From: a virus
Taxonomy: Duplodnaviria > Caudoviricetes
DNA: 64,000 bases
IMG/VR virus record: IMGVR_UViG_3300020037_008176
Coordinates: 1-64,000 of that record
Reading direction: 5' to 3' (one strand)
Every line of letters starts with the position of its first letter. The first letter of the stretch is position 1. A model generated the notes under the pieces. The model was not told the origin of the DNA and searched no databases. It saw nothing but the letters and a program-made list of their open reading frames with translations. A program made the position numbers and the translations under genes. Shown piece after piece: positions 18,879 through 28,531 of the stretch.

Positions 18879-20735
18879 ATGCCAACAAGAACGTGGACGG
18901 GTGCAACAAACAATGATTGGAATACTGCTACAAATTGGGTAGAAGGATTTATTCCTACTAATGTTGATGATGTTGTTTTTAGTACAAATGTTAATTGTAC
19001 TATATCTTCTGCATCAGTATGTAAAACAATAACCTTTGGCTCTTACTCAGGAACTTTTACAAATACAGGAGGATTAACCGTTAGTGGTAATGTTACTTTA
19101 GGTTCCAGTGTTAATTGGGGAACATTCAGTTCAAACTTAGCTGTAAATGCAACAGCAACATTAACAAGTAATGGAAAAGATATTCCAGGATTACAGTTTT
19201 CAAATACAATAACAGTAACTCTTGCAGATAATTGGACTGTTACTTCAAGATTGTTTTTTACAAATGCTGTTATAACAGTAACTTTAAACTCTAATAATAT
19301 ATATGTTAGTGGTGGAACCATTACTCATTCAAATGGATGTATAATTAATGGAACAGCTACAATAAATATTACTGGAAATGTAAATTGGACATCTGGTTCA
19401 GCATTTATATCAAATCCAATAACAGTAAATACATCAGGAACCTTTACTCTTTCTAATAATTTCAATTTAAGTAATAACACATTAACATGGATAGCTGGAA
19501 CAATTACTAGTACAGGTAGTGCTACTAATTTAGTTGGAAATGTAACTTTTACAGGAACAGGATTAATTCTCAACAATCTTACAGCATTAAGTAATACTAC
19601 ATTAACTCTTTCTAATGATATTACAATATTAGGAAATTTAACTTCTAATACTTCAGCTGCAACATTTACAATTGATGGTAATACCTTATATGTAGGAGGA
19701 GGATTAGATACATTAGTAAATACAACAGTATCTGGAACCACAAATATTGTTTTAAATGGAACAGGTGTTATAAGAACTACAGCTTCAACAGGAAATTTTA
19801 GAATTAATATTGAAATAAATACTTCTGGAACTATTACATTTGGTAGTAATTTTAGATATGGAATAGGAACATTTAAATACACATCAGGAAATACAAATAC
19901 AACTTCAAGTAATTTCATTGCAGTTACTACTTGCACAATTGACGTGAACGGCTCTATAAATAGCAACGGAAGTCCAACGAGCGAAAATAATTTAAACTTT
20001 TTTAATTTTGTTCACAATGGATTATTTACCGTAACACTAACAACACCAATTTGTGTTACCAATTTACTAACAATATCTACAAGCTCATTTAGCGGTGAAA
20101 TCGTTTATTGCCAAGGCAGTTTAGTTACAACAAACAACACGGGTGGAGGTAATTTAATTTTAAATGGGTCTGGTTTTATTAGTTGCTCTGCAATGTTACG
20201 AATGAGTACAACTATAAACACTATTGGCAAATATACTTTTCCCATAAATTTTAATAACACTAAGGTTTTTAGTTTTAATTCTGCAATACTAACATATATA
20301 AAAGGAAACCTTGATACGAGAGATGTAACTTTTTTATGTCAAGCAACTTCAACTCTAATCGGTGTACACAAATTAAGGTTTAGAAGAGTTGTTCTGTCAA
20401 ATCAAATTACAATGGATGAGTTTTTTCAAGGAAGTGCAAGTCAAATATGTCAAGTAGTTTCCAATACTGCAGGAATTGCTTATGTAATTGTGTTTACAAA
20501 TGGGTTTCAAAAAATAAGCAACTATACTTCTGTGCAAGATATGACCTTAACAAATAGTAATGTAGTTAGAGACTCTTTATTATTAACTTATTCAAAAGCT
20601 AATAGAGGTAGAAATGTAGGAAATATAACTTACATAAACAATAAACCAAACGGAATAATAGATTATCAAGATACAGTTAAATCTTTAGAATCAATGGTAG
20701 GCGTTCAATTACAAGGCGATCCTGTTTATAATTAA
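18879..20735 (+). CDS. Beta-helix adhesin / receptor-binding-like protein
   Basis: TWTG...WNTATNW...P...DDVVF start typical of autotransporter-like beta-helix repeats; T/N/G/S-rich. Confidence 0.7.
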   Translation: MPTRTWTGATNNDWNTATNWVEGFIPTNVDDVVFSTNVNCTISSASVCKTITFGSYSGTFTNTGGLTVSGNVTLGSSVNWGTFSSNLAVNATATLTSNGKDIPGLQFSNTITVTLADNWTVTSRLFFTNAVITVTLNSNNIYVSGGTITHSNGCIINGTATINITGNVNWTSGSAFISNPITVNTSGTFTLSNNFNLSNNTLTWIAGTITSTGSATNLVGNVTFTGTGLILNNLTALSNTTLTLSNDITILGNLTSNTSAATFTIDGNTLYVGGGLDTLVNTTVSGTTNIVLNGTGVIRTTASTGNFRINIEINTSGTITFGSNFRYGIGTFKYTSGNTNTTSSNFIAVTTCTIDVNGSINSNGSPTSENNLNFFNFVHNGLFTVTLTTPICVTNLLTISTSSFSGEIVYCQGSLVTTNNTGGGNLILNGSGFISCSAMLRMSTTINTIGKYTFPINFNNTKVFSFNSAILTYIKGNLDTRDVTFLCQATSTLIGVHKLRFRRVVLSNQITMDEFFQGSASQICQVVSNTAGIAYVIVFTNGFQKISNYTSVQDMTLTNSNVVRDSLLLTYSKANRGRNVGNITYINNKPNGIIDYQDTVKSLESMVGVQLQGDPVYN

Positions 20736-20784
20736 ATTTATTATCTTTACCCTCCAATTCAATATTTATAATAAAACATAAATA

Positions 20785-21921
20785 ATGAATATCCCTATAT
20801 ATCCAGGTTCAAGCTCATTCTTTCCAGGAAATACTCCTTTTGGATTTTACGATAATGATTATCAATTCCAAGTAGATGCAGATAAAGTTACTACTTTTTG
20901 TGCTAGAAGATTAGGATTTCCTATAATGGATGTTGAACTTCAAGATATAAATTTTTATGCTGCATTCGAAGAAGCTATTACTACATATGGAAATGAATTG
21001 TATGCTTTTCAGGTAAGAGATAATATGTTAAATGTGATGGGGGCATCAACTTCATCTAATTTAAATCATGCTATTGTTACACCTACAATGGCTAATATAA
21101 TTAAAATTTCCCAACAATATGGAGCAGAAGCAGGAGTAGGAGGAAATATAACATGGTATAGTGGATCAGTAACAACTACATCTTCCATTCAAGATTATGA
21201 TTTAGCTCAATGGGCTTTAAATAGTAATATAACTGGAGGTATAGAAATAAAAAGAATATTCTACCAACCAATCCCAGCTGTAAATCAAGTTTATCAATTA
21301 AATTTATTTTCAGGTTTAGGAGGAGTTCCATCTGTTGGTTCATATGGATTGTTTGGTTCTACTGGATTTATGATGTATCCAACTAGTTTATTAATTCAAT
21401 CAACTCAAGCAGTTGAGATGCAAAACGATGTTTCATTACCTTCATATTCATTTGAATTAATTGATAATAAATTAAAAATATTCCCTATTCCAACCAGTGA
21501 TGGAGATAGTATATGGTTCCAATATATAAGTTTAGAAGAAAGAATTAATAGTGCAATCACATCTGCTCCAAGTTCTGTAACTAATGTTTCAAATGTTAAT
21601 TTTACAAATCCAACATATTCTCAAATTAATTCAATAGGAAGACAATGGATATTTGAATATACATTAGCTTTAAGTAAAGAAATATTAGGATATGTAAGAG
21701 GTAAATATCAAAATACCATCCCAATCCCCGGAAGAGAAATATCTATGAACCAATCAGATTTAATAACTGCTGCAACAACAGAAAAGCAAAATTTAATTGA
21801 AAGATTGAGAGCATATTTAGATGAAACTTCTCGTAAAGCATTATTAGAAAGAAAAAAAGATGAAGGTGATTCAACAATGAATGAACTTTCAAAAAGTCCA
21901 ATGCAAATTTATATAGGATAA
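20785..21921 (+). CDS. Neck protein (gp13-like)
   Basis: RRLGFPIMDVEL, WIFEYTLALSKEILGYVRGKY. Confidence 0.85.
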   Translation: MNIPIYPGSSSFFPGNTPFGFYDNDYQFQVDADKVTTFCARRLGFPIMDVELQDINFYAAFEEAITTYGNELYAFQVRDNMLNVMGASTSSNLNHAIVTPTMANIIKISQQYGAEAGVGGNITWYSGSVTTTSSIQDYDLAQWALNSNITGGIEIKRIFYQPIPAVNQVYQLNLFSGLGGVPSVGSYGLFGSTGFMMYPTSLLIQSTQAVEMQNDVSLPSYSFELIDNKLKIFPIPTSDGDSIWFQYISLEERINSAITSAPSSVTNVSNVNFTNPTYSQINSIGRQWIFEYTLALSKEILGYVRGKYQNTIPIPGREISMNQSDLITAATTEKQNLIERLRAYLDETSRKALLERKKDEGDSTMNELSKSPMQIYIG

Positions 21922-21925
21922 TATT

Positions 21926-22435
21926 ATGGCATTATTTGGCTCAGCAAGAGATTCATCATTTGTTAGAAGAATCAGTCGTGAACTGATGGGAAATATTATT
22001 TCTCAACAATGTGCCTTCTACAAATATAAGTTGAATGAAACAAAAACTAATATATATGGTGAAGCATCTCAAGGAAAATTTTTTGATGGACCAACATTAT
22101 TTAATGCTTTAATTACAGTTGGAGACAATTCAAGTCCCGTAAGTGATATAGGAGTAGATTTTAGTTGGCCTGTTAGTTTTGCATTTTTAAGAGATGATTT
22201 AGTAGATGCTAATTTACACCCTGAAGTAGGAGATATTATATTATATCAAGAAAGTTATTTTGAAGTAGATAATACAAATACAAACCAATATTTTGCAGGT
22301 AAAGACCCTGACTACCCATATAGTACAAATCCAATCAATCCAGGATTAGAAAACTTTGGATATAATGTATCAGTAATATGTGAATGTCATTATATTCCTG
22401 CAGATAGAGTTAATATTATTAAAACAAGATTATAA
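21926..22435 (+). CDS. Neck/head-closure protein (gp14-like)
   Basis: NIYGEA, PEVGDII...YFEV; position after gp13-like gene. Confidence 0.75.
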   Translation: MALFGSARDSSFVRRISRELMGNIISQQCAFYKYKLNETKTNIYGEASQGKFFDGPTLFNALITVGDNSSPVSDIGVDFSWPVSFAFLRDDLVDANLHPEVGDIILYQESYFEVDNTNTNQYFAGKDPDYPYSTNPINPGLENFGYNVSVICECHYIPADRVNIIKTRL

Positions 22436-23295
22436 TGGCTAAAAATAGTAGAACTCCAATTCCTAAATCCCAAAAAGAAATAAGTATTGAACAACATCAA
22501 GCTTTTGATTCTGAAGTAGGAAATCCAAATTATTCTAATAACATTAATAGAGGAAATCAAATTTCATTTAATGGGGATTCTACTAAACCATTTTCAATAG
22601 GAATCCAAGATATAGATGAATCATTATTGTATTATTTTCAAAATATTATAAAACCATTTGTAATACAAAATGACCAAAGAATATCCGTTCCAATTATATA
22701 TGGTTCTCCTGAAAAATGGAAATCATTTCAAAAGGATGGATATTATAGAGATGCTCAAGGAAAGATAATGATGCCTATTATTATGTTTAAAAGAGACAAT
22801 ATTGAAAAGGTTAGATCTATTACTAATAAATTAGACGCTAATAATCCTCACAATGTTTCTATCCATAGAAAAAAATATAGTCCTAAAAACTCATATGATA
22901 ATTTCAATGTATTAAATGGGATAGTTCCAGAAAGAGTTAATTATGCTGTAGTAGTACCAGATTATATTACATTAACATATAGCTGTGCTGTCAATACTTA
23001 TTACATGGATCAATTAAATAAAATTGTTGAAGCAATTGAATATGCATCTGATTCATATTGGGGCGATCCATCAAAATTCCAATTTAGAGCAATGATTGAT
23101 TCATTTTCTATAAAAGCAGAATTAGCAGAAAAAGACGAAAGATTAGTAAGTAGCACTTTTAATATAAAGTTAAATGGTTATATTATCCCAGATGTAATTC
23201 AGAAAGATATGACTGCATTAAAGAAAATTCCAGATGTAGTTAAAATAGTAGTAGAAGAGAAAATAGTAAAAAATATAAATGATTTAAATAGTTAA
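22435..23295 (+). CDS. Tail terminator / sheath stabiliser (gp15-like)
   Basis: VPIIYGSPEKW, QLNKIVEAI; position before sheath. Confidence 0.75.
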   Translation: MAKNSRTPIPKSQKEISIEQHQAFDSEVGNPNYSNNINRGNQISFNGDSTKPFSIGIQDIDESLLYYFQNIIKPFVIQNDQRISVPIIYGSPEKWKSFQKDGYYRDAQGKIMMPIIMFKRDNIEKVRSITNKLDANNPHNVSIHRKKYSPKNSYDNFNVLNGIVPERVNYAVVVPDYITLTYSCAVNTYYMDQLNKIVEAIEYASDSYWGDPSKFQFRAMIDSFSIKAELAEKDERLVSSTFNIKLNGYIIPDVIQKDMTALKKIPDVVKIVVEEKIVKNINDLNS

Positions 23296-23309
23296 ATTAA
23301 ATAAAATTT

Positions 23310-23558
23310 ATGACAACAAAAGTTTTAACACAAGAAGAAATCCAATTATTAAAATTAATCCAAGAAAAACGTTTTTCATTAACTGGAAAATTTGGAGCAA
23401 TTGAATTAAATATTCAAGAACTTAAACTACAAAAAGAAAAACTCCATTCAGAATTATCTCAATTAATTCAAGAAGAAACTCAAATAGGTCAATCCCTCCA
23501 ACAAAAATATGGTGATGGAACTATAAATCTTGAAAAAGGAGAGTTTACTAGTAACTAA
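23310..23558 (+). CDS. Small coiled-coil protein
   Basis: Coiled coil ending LQQKYGDGTINLEKGEF. Confidence 0.6.
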   Translation: MTTKVLTQEEIQLLKLIQEKRFSLTGKFGAIELNIQELKLQKEKLHSELSQLIQEETQIGQSLQQKYGDGTINLEKGEFTSN

Positions 23559-23609
23559 TATCTTTGATAAGTTCTGCCATATTTATAATAAAATTAAATA
23601 AAAATAACA

Positions 23610-25340
23610 ATGGCAGAAACTTTAATATCACCTGGCGTTTTAGCAAGAGAGAATGATTCTTCTTTTATTACTAAAAGACCTGTTACTGTAGGAGCAGCAA
23701 TTATTGGACCAACTGTTAAAGGTCCAGTTGAAACCCCAACAGTAGTAACCACATACAATGAATATGTTAATTTATTTGGTACTACTTTTATAAGTGGAAG
23801 TACTAATGATAGTAGAACATATTCATATTTTACTTCCATAGCTGCTTACAATTATTTTGTAAATGGTGGAACATCTTTATTAGTATCAAGAGTAGTAACA
23901 GGGTCTTATTCATCTGCTACTAGTTCTTTAATCCCAACAGGTTCAGGAGGTCCTACAACAGGATTATCTCCATTTGTATTAGAAACACTTTCTGAAGGTA
24001 TTATAATGAATAGTACTTCTACCGAAATTTCTAATAATGCTTTACCTAGTGGTTCAGCAGATAATGTTAGATGGCAGATAGTTAACCAAAACACTTCATC
24101 TGGAACATTTGATTTATTAGTTAGAAGAGGAGATGATACTTCCCTTCAACCTGTAGTATTAGAAACTTGGTCAGGATTAAACTTAGACCCAAATTCACAA
24201 AATTATATAGCTCGTGTAATAGGAGATCAAGTTGAAAATTATAACTCAACTAATATCCAAATGGAAATTAGTGGTTCATATGCTAATAGATCTAATTTTA
24301 TTAGAATTAAACAAGTAAATTACACAACACCAAATTATTTTGATAATAATGGAGTTGCCAAAAATCAATATACAGGTTCTCTTCCTGTTAATTCTAGTGG
24401 GTCATTCGGTGGCGCATCAGGAACTGTAAAAGGAGGAGCTAAATTTTATAATGAAATTTCAACAACAGATTCTCAAGGATTAACTGGTGGATGTTATGAT
24501 AACATGATTGATTTATTATCTAATAAAGATGATTATCAATTCAATATCCTATTAACTCCTGGATTGGTAGATTCATTTGCAGGTCATGTAAGTCAAATAA
24601 CTGAACTTATCACTAATACTCAAAATAGAGGAGACAATATTTTCATTATAGATCCAGTAGGATATGGTTCAACTGTTTCAAATGTTGTTTCTCAAGCAGC
24701 ATCTAGAAATACTTCATATGGAGCAGCATATTGGCCATGGTGTCAAATAATAGAACCTTCAACAGGTGATTTAGTTTGGGTTCCAGCTTCTACTATGGTA
24801 GCAGGAGTATATGCATATAATGATTCTGTTTCAGAACCTTGGTTTGCACCAGCAGGTATTAATAGAGGTGGATTATCTACTGTAGTAAGACCTGAACAAA
24901 AATTATCTCAAGCAAATAGAGATACTTTATATACTGGAAAAGTAAATCCAATAGCTACATTCCCAGGAACTGGTGTTGTAGTATACGGACAAAAAACATT
25001 ACAAACTAGAGCATCAGCATTAGATAGAGTAAATGTTAGACGTTTATTAATTTCATTGAAATCATATATTTCTCAAATTTCTAACAATTTGGTATTTGAA
25101 CAAAATACTATTGCAACTAGAAATCAATTCTTATCACAAGTTAATCCATATTTAACAAGTGTTCAACAACGTCAAGGATTATATGCATTTAAAGTGGTAA
25201 TGGATGATACAAACAACACTCCAGATGTAATTGATAGAAATGAATTAAGAGGTCAGATATATTTACAACCAACAAAAACAGCTGAATTTATATATTTAGA
25301 TTTTAATGTTACTCCAACTGGTGCAACATTCCCAGCATAA
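23610..25340 (+). CDS. Contractile tail sheath (gp18-like)
   Basis: SPGVLAREND, WFAPAGINRG, VNPI, GQKTLQ, DRVNVRRL, NNTPDVIDRN, PTKTAEFI. Confidence 0.97.
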   Translation: MAETLISPGVLARENDSSFITKRPVTVGAAIIGPTVKGPVETPTVVTTYNEYVNLFGTTFISGSTNDSRTYSYFTSIAAYNYFVNGGTSLLVSRVVTGSYSSATSSLIPTGSGGPTTGLSPFVLETLSEGIIMNSTSTEISNNALPSGSADNVRWQIVNQNTSSGTFDLLVRRGDDTSLQPVVLETWSGLNLDPNSQNYIARVIGDQVENYNSTNIQMEISGSYANRSNFIRIKQVNYTTPNYFDNNGVAKNQYTGSLPVNSSGSFGGASGTVKGGAKFYNEISTTDSQGLTGGCYDNMIDLLSNKDDYQFNILLTPGLVDSFAGHVSQITELITNTQNRGDNIFIIDPVGYGSTVSNVVSQAASRNTSYGAAYWPWCQIIEPSTGDLVWVPASTMVAGVYAYNDSVSEPWFAPAGINRGGLSTVVRPEQKLSQANRDTLYTGKVNPIATFPGTGVVVYGQKTLQTRASALDRVNVRRLLISLKSYISQISNNLVFEQNTIATRNQFLSQVNPYLTSVQQRQGLYAFKVVMDDTNNTPDVIDRNELRGQIYLQPTKTAEFIYLDFNVTPTGATFPA

Positions 25341-25352
25341 TAAATTAAAAAG

Positions 25353-25383
25353 AACTTCCCTATAAAAAATAGGGGAGTTTTTT
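25353..25383 (+). terminator. Intrinsic terminator after sheath
   Basis: AACTTCCCTAT-aaaa-ATAGGGGAGTT followed by tttt. Confidence 0.85.
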
Positions 25384-25426
25384 AAAAATTTAAATATTTA
25401 TAAATAAATAAAACAAGAATAAAAAA

Positions 25427-25915
25427 ATGGCAATATTAGATCCAAACGAAATATTTTTTACAGCTTTTGAACCAAAAGTTAAAAATCGTTTCATTATGTA
25501 TGTAGATGGGATTCCTTCATATACAATAAAGAAAATTAGCTCTGTAGGAGTAACTATGGATGAAATTAAATTAAATCATATCAATGTTTATCGTAAAATT
25601 AAAGGTAAAGCCGTATGGGATGATATTGAAATGACTTTATTTGATCCTATCACTCCATCAGGTGCTCAATCAGTAATGGAATGGGTACGTTTACACCATG
25701 AATCTGTTACTGGTCGTGATGGTTATTCAGATTTCTATAAGAAAGATGTTACTATCAACGTTTTAGGTCCAGTAGGTGATATAGTATCAGAATGGATTAT
25801 TAAAGGTGCATTTATTAAATCTGCTAAATTTGGCGATTACAGTTGGGATGATGAAAATGCTGCTCAGGAATTAACAGTTAATTTAGGAATGGATTATTGC
25901 ATCCTCAATTTTTGA
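25427..25915 (+). CDS. Tail tube protein (gp19-like)
   Basis: 162 aa after sheath; NRF, W-DI-x-T, YKKDVTI, W-I-GAF motifs. Confidence 0.93.
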   Translation: MAILDPNEIFFTAFEPKVKNRFIMYVDGIPSYTIKKISSVGVTMDEIKLNHINVYRKIKGKAVWDDIEMTLFDPITPSGAQSVMEWVRLHHESVTGRDGYSDFYKKDVTINVLGPVGDIVSEWIIKGAFIKSAKFGDYSWDDENAAQELTVNLGMDYCILNF

Positions 25916-25947
25916 GAATACAGTCGTTTACCCCACAATTTTACAAG

Positions 25948-25977
25948 AATGTCCGATATTTATTATCGGACATTTTT
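25948..25977 (+). terminator. Perfect 11-bp hairpin with T-tract whose loop carries the late-promoter motif
   Basis: AATGTCCGATA-tttat-TATCGGACATT-ttt. Confidence 0.75.
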
Positions 25978-25987
25978 ATTTAATATT

Positions 25988-26746
25988 ATGAAAAATGAAG
26001 AAAAATTAATTCAAGAAAAATACAATGGGACTCACCCAATCTGTGGATGTGGTTGTGGAGAAAAAACAGTTTATGATTATAACTCAAAAGATTTTGGAAA
26101 ATTTAAACGAGGTCATCAAACTCGAGTAAATAAAAATTACTTTGGAGATCCTAAAAACCCAAAAAGGGTAGAAAAAATTAAATCAACACGTAAAGCTAAA
26201 TTTATCTCTGGTGAATATAATCATGTATTGAATGCTATAAGAGAAAATAGAAAAAATCCCGAATTAGGTAAGAATATATCTAAAGGTGCTAAAGGTATTC
26301 CCAAACCAAAACCAAAAGGATTTGGATTAGGAAGAAAACACTCAAAAAACACTAAAGAAAAAATGAGTGAATCTGCTATTGAAAGAATATTAGAAACAGA
26401 TCAAAACCACACTTCTAAATTAGAAAAAGAATTTACTTTAATACTGAATAATTTAAAAATAGAATATATCCAATGGTTTTATGCTAAAGATATTAAAGCT
26501 TTCTATGATTTTTATATACCATTAAAAAATACTATAATAGAAGTAGATGGGGATTTTTGGCATTGCAACCCAGATGGTAAATTCCCAGAACCAAAATATG
26601 ATAGTCAAAATAAAAACCTTAAACGCGATAAAATTAAAAATCAATGGGCTCAAGATAATGGTTTTAAATTACTTAGATTTTGGGAAACAGATATTATTAA
26701 AAACCCACAACAAATTATAGAAACACTTAAAAAAGAGCTCACCTAA
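25988..26746 (+). CDS. Vsr/DUF559-like (PD-(D/E)xK-type) homing endonuclease with NUMOD3
   Basis: CGCGCG, HSKNTKEKMS, SKLE, YDFY...IIEVDGDFWH, D..KN...GFKLLRFWE; likely start MKNEEK at 25988. Confidence 0.85.
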   Translation: MKNEEKLIQEKYNGTHPICGCGCGEKTVYDYNSKDFGKFKRGHQTRVNKNYFGDPKNPKRVEKIKSTRKAKFISGEYNHVLNAIRENRKNPELGKNISKGAKGIPKPKPKGFGLGRKHSKNTKEKMSESAIERILETDQNHTSKLEKEFTLILNNLKIEYIQWFYAKDIKAFYDFYIPLKNTIIEVDGDFWHCNPDGKFPEPKYDSQNKNLKRDKIKNQWAQDNGFKLLRFWETDIIKNPQQIIETLKKELT

Positions 26747-26763
26747 ATTTGGTGAGCTCCTTT
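26735..26763 (+). terminator. Hairpin/terminator after endonuclease, overlapping the next promoter
   Basis: GAGCTCACC-taaattt-GGTGAGCTC-cttt; TTTG(26748)-N20-TATATTTA(26772) overlaps it. Confidence 0.7.
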
Positions 26764-26813
26764 ATCCTCATTATATTTATATTTGATAATAATAAGTTAC
26801 ATCAATAAAATTT

Positions 26814-27533
26814 ATGGAAAACAAAACCCCAACCGAAATTATAGAATTACCCTCAAAAGGACTAATTTATCCAGATTCAAATCCATTATCTAGTGGTACA
26901 ATCGAAATGAAATATATGACTGCTAGAGAAGAAGATATTCTTACTAATCAATCTTATATACAAAAAGGTATAGTATTAGATAAATTATTACAATCACTTA
27001 TTATTTCTAAAATTAATTATAACGACTTAATAGTTGGAGATAAAAATGCAATAATGGTTGCTGCAAGAATTTTAGGATATGGTAAAGATTATAGTTTTAC
27101 TTATGATGGAAATGAATATAATATAGATTTAACTACATTAGATAATAAACCATTTAGTATTAAAAATAAAGGAGTTAACGAGTTTAATTTTACCTTACCA
27201 TCTATAAATACAAACATCACTTATAAAATTTTAACTCATGGAGATGAGCAAAACATTCAAACAGAATTGGAAGGCCTTAAAAAAATTAATAAAAATTCAT
27301 CTGCAGAACTTTCCACGCGTTTAAAATACATGATAACTTCAGTTGAAGGAAATAGGGAAATTAAATATATTCGAGAATTTGTGGATAATAATTTACTCGC
27401 CCGAGATTCAAGAGAATTAAGAAAACACATAAAAGAAAATCAACCAGATGTAGATTTAACTTTTTTTCCCGAAGGAAATTCAACAAGCGTTGACATTCCT
27501 ATCGGCATAAAATTCTTCTGGCCAGATTTTTAA
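26814..27533 (+). CDS. Tail assembly chaperone / gp26-like hub assembly protein
   Basis: IELPSKGLIY, MTAREEDIL, GD...RI-GYG, ends FFWPDF; between tube and tape measure. Confidence 0.8.
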   Translation: MENKTPTEIIELPSKGLIYPDSNPLSSGTIEMKYMTAREEDILTNQSYIQKGIVLDKLLQSLIISKINYNDLIVGDKNAIMVAARILGYGKDYSFTYDGNEYNIDLTTLDNKPFSIKNKGVNEFNFTLPSINTNITYKILTHGDEQNIQTELEGLKKINKNSSAELSTRLKYMITSVEGNREIKYIREFVDNNLLARDSRELRKHIKENQPDVDLTFFPEGNSTSVDIPIGIKFFWPDF

Positions 27534-27539
27534 TTTATA

Positions 27540-28148
27540 ATGAATAATATTTATATTATAGGAATTTATAAAATCATATCCCCCTCAGGTAAAATTTATA
27601 TAGGACAAAGTAAAAATATTTTATCCAATAGGTTAAATCATTATATAAATGGTAATTGTTCAACTCAAACTAAATTATATAATTCCCTTAAAAAATATGG
27701 TTTTGAAAATCATATATTTGAAATAGTTGAAGAATGTTCTTTGGAACAATTAAATGAAAGAGAAATATATTGGGGAACACATTTTGATGTTTTAAATCCT
27801 AAAACTGGATTAAATCTGAAACTAGGAGAGAAAAGAGGAATATACAGTGAAGAAAGTAAAAAGAAAATGAGTAAATCTTCTCTAGGTAAATGTAAATCCC
27901 AATCTCATAAAATAAATATAAGTAAAGCAAGATTGGGCATGAAATTCTCTCAGGAACATACTGATAATATGAGTAATAGTAGATTTAAATATTCTATAAT
28001 ATGTCTAGAAAATAATATAATATATAAAAGTACTCATCAAGCTTCAAAAAAATTAAATATTGCTCCTTCTTCAATTATAAAAGTATGTAGAGGAATATAT
28101 AAACAAATTAAGGGATATACATTTAAATTTGTTAATGATGGAAATTAA
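27540..28148 (+). CDS. GIY-YIG homing endonuclease
   Basis: GIYKIISPSGKIYIGQS; SEESKKKMSKS NUMOD3; C-terminal HTH. Confidence 0.92.
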   Translation: MNNIYIIGIYKIISPSGKIYIGQSKNILSNRLNHYINGNCSTQTKLYNSLKKYGFENHIFEIVEECSLEQLNEREIYWGTHFDVLNPKTGLNLKLGEKRGIYSEESKKKMSKSSLGKCKSQSHKINISKARLGMKFSQEHTDNMSNSRFKYSIICLENNIIYKSTHQASKKLNIAPSSIIKVCRGIYKQIKGYTFKFVNDGN

Positions 28149-28491
28149 TGAAAAACTTAGAAACCAATTAGCATTTTTTGGAATATCTCCTGAAATAGCC
28201 CCAATAGTAAGAGCTAATTTATTTACTCAAATCCACGAAATAGTATTTCATGGTAAAGGAGGATATGATTGGAATACTATATATAACATGCCTAGATGGC
28301 TTAGATTATTTACTTTTAATAAAATAAATGAACATTATTTAAAAGAAAAAGAAGCCAATGATTCTAATAATTTAACAGGTAATAATAAATCTACTTTAAT
28401 AGACCCATCTGGTAATGTTAACAAAGAAAATTGGAGAAGTGTTTCTCCAAAATCTGCTCCCACCAAACGAAAAATTTCCAACTATAAATAA
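28135..28491 (+). CDS. Tail chaperone C-terminal partner (gpT/gp51-like)
   Basis: FFG...GYDWNTIYNMPRWLR motif immediately before tape measure; ATG at 28135/28138. Confidence 0.7.
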   Translation: MMEINEKLRNQLAFFGISPEIAPIVRANLFTQIHEIVFHGKGGYDWNTIYNMPRWLRLFTFNKINEHYLKEKEANDSNNLTGNNKSTLIDPSGNVNKENWRSVSPKSAPTKRKISNYK

Positions 28492-28531
28492 AATTATAGA
28501 TTATTAATATTTATAATATATAATATTTATA

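Noticed and set aside
27459-27470. T TTT TTT C slippery heptamer inside the tail chaperone
   Set aside because: Both shifted frames hit stops within about 10-16 codons and do not reach the partner ORF
27534-28170. Group I intron around the GIY-YIG gene
   Set aside because: Only a few bases flank the ORF; no room for, or sign of, a P3-P9 core
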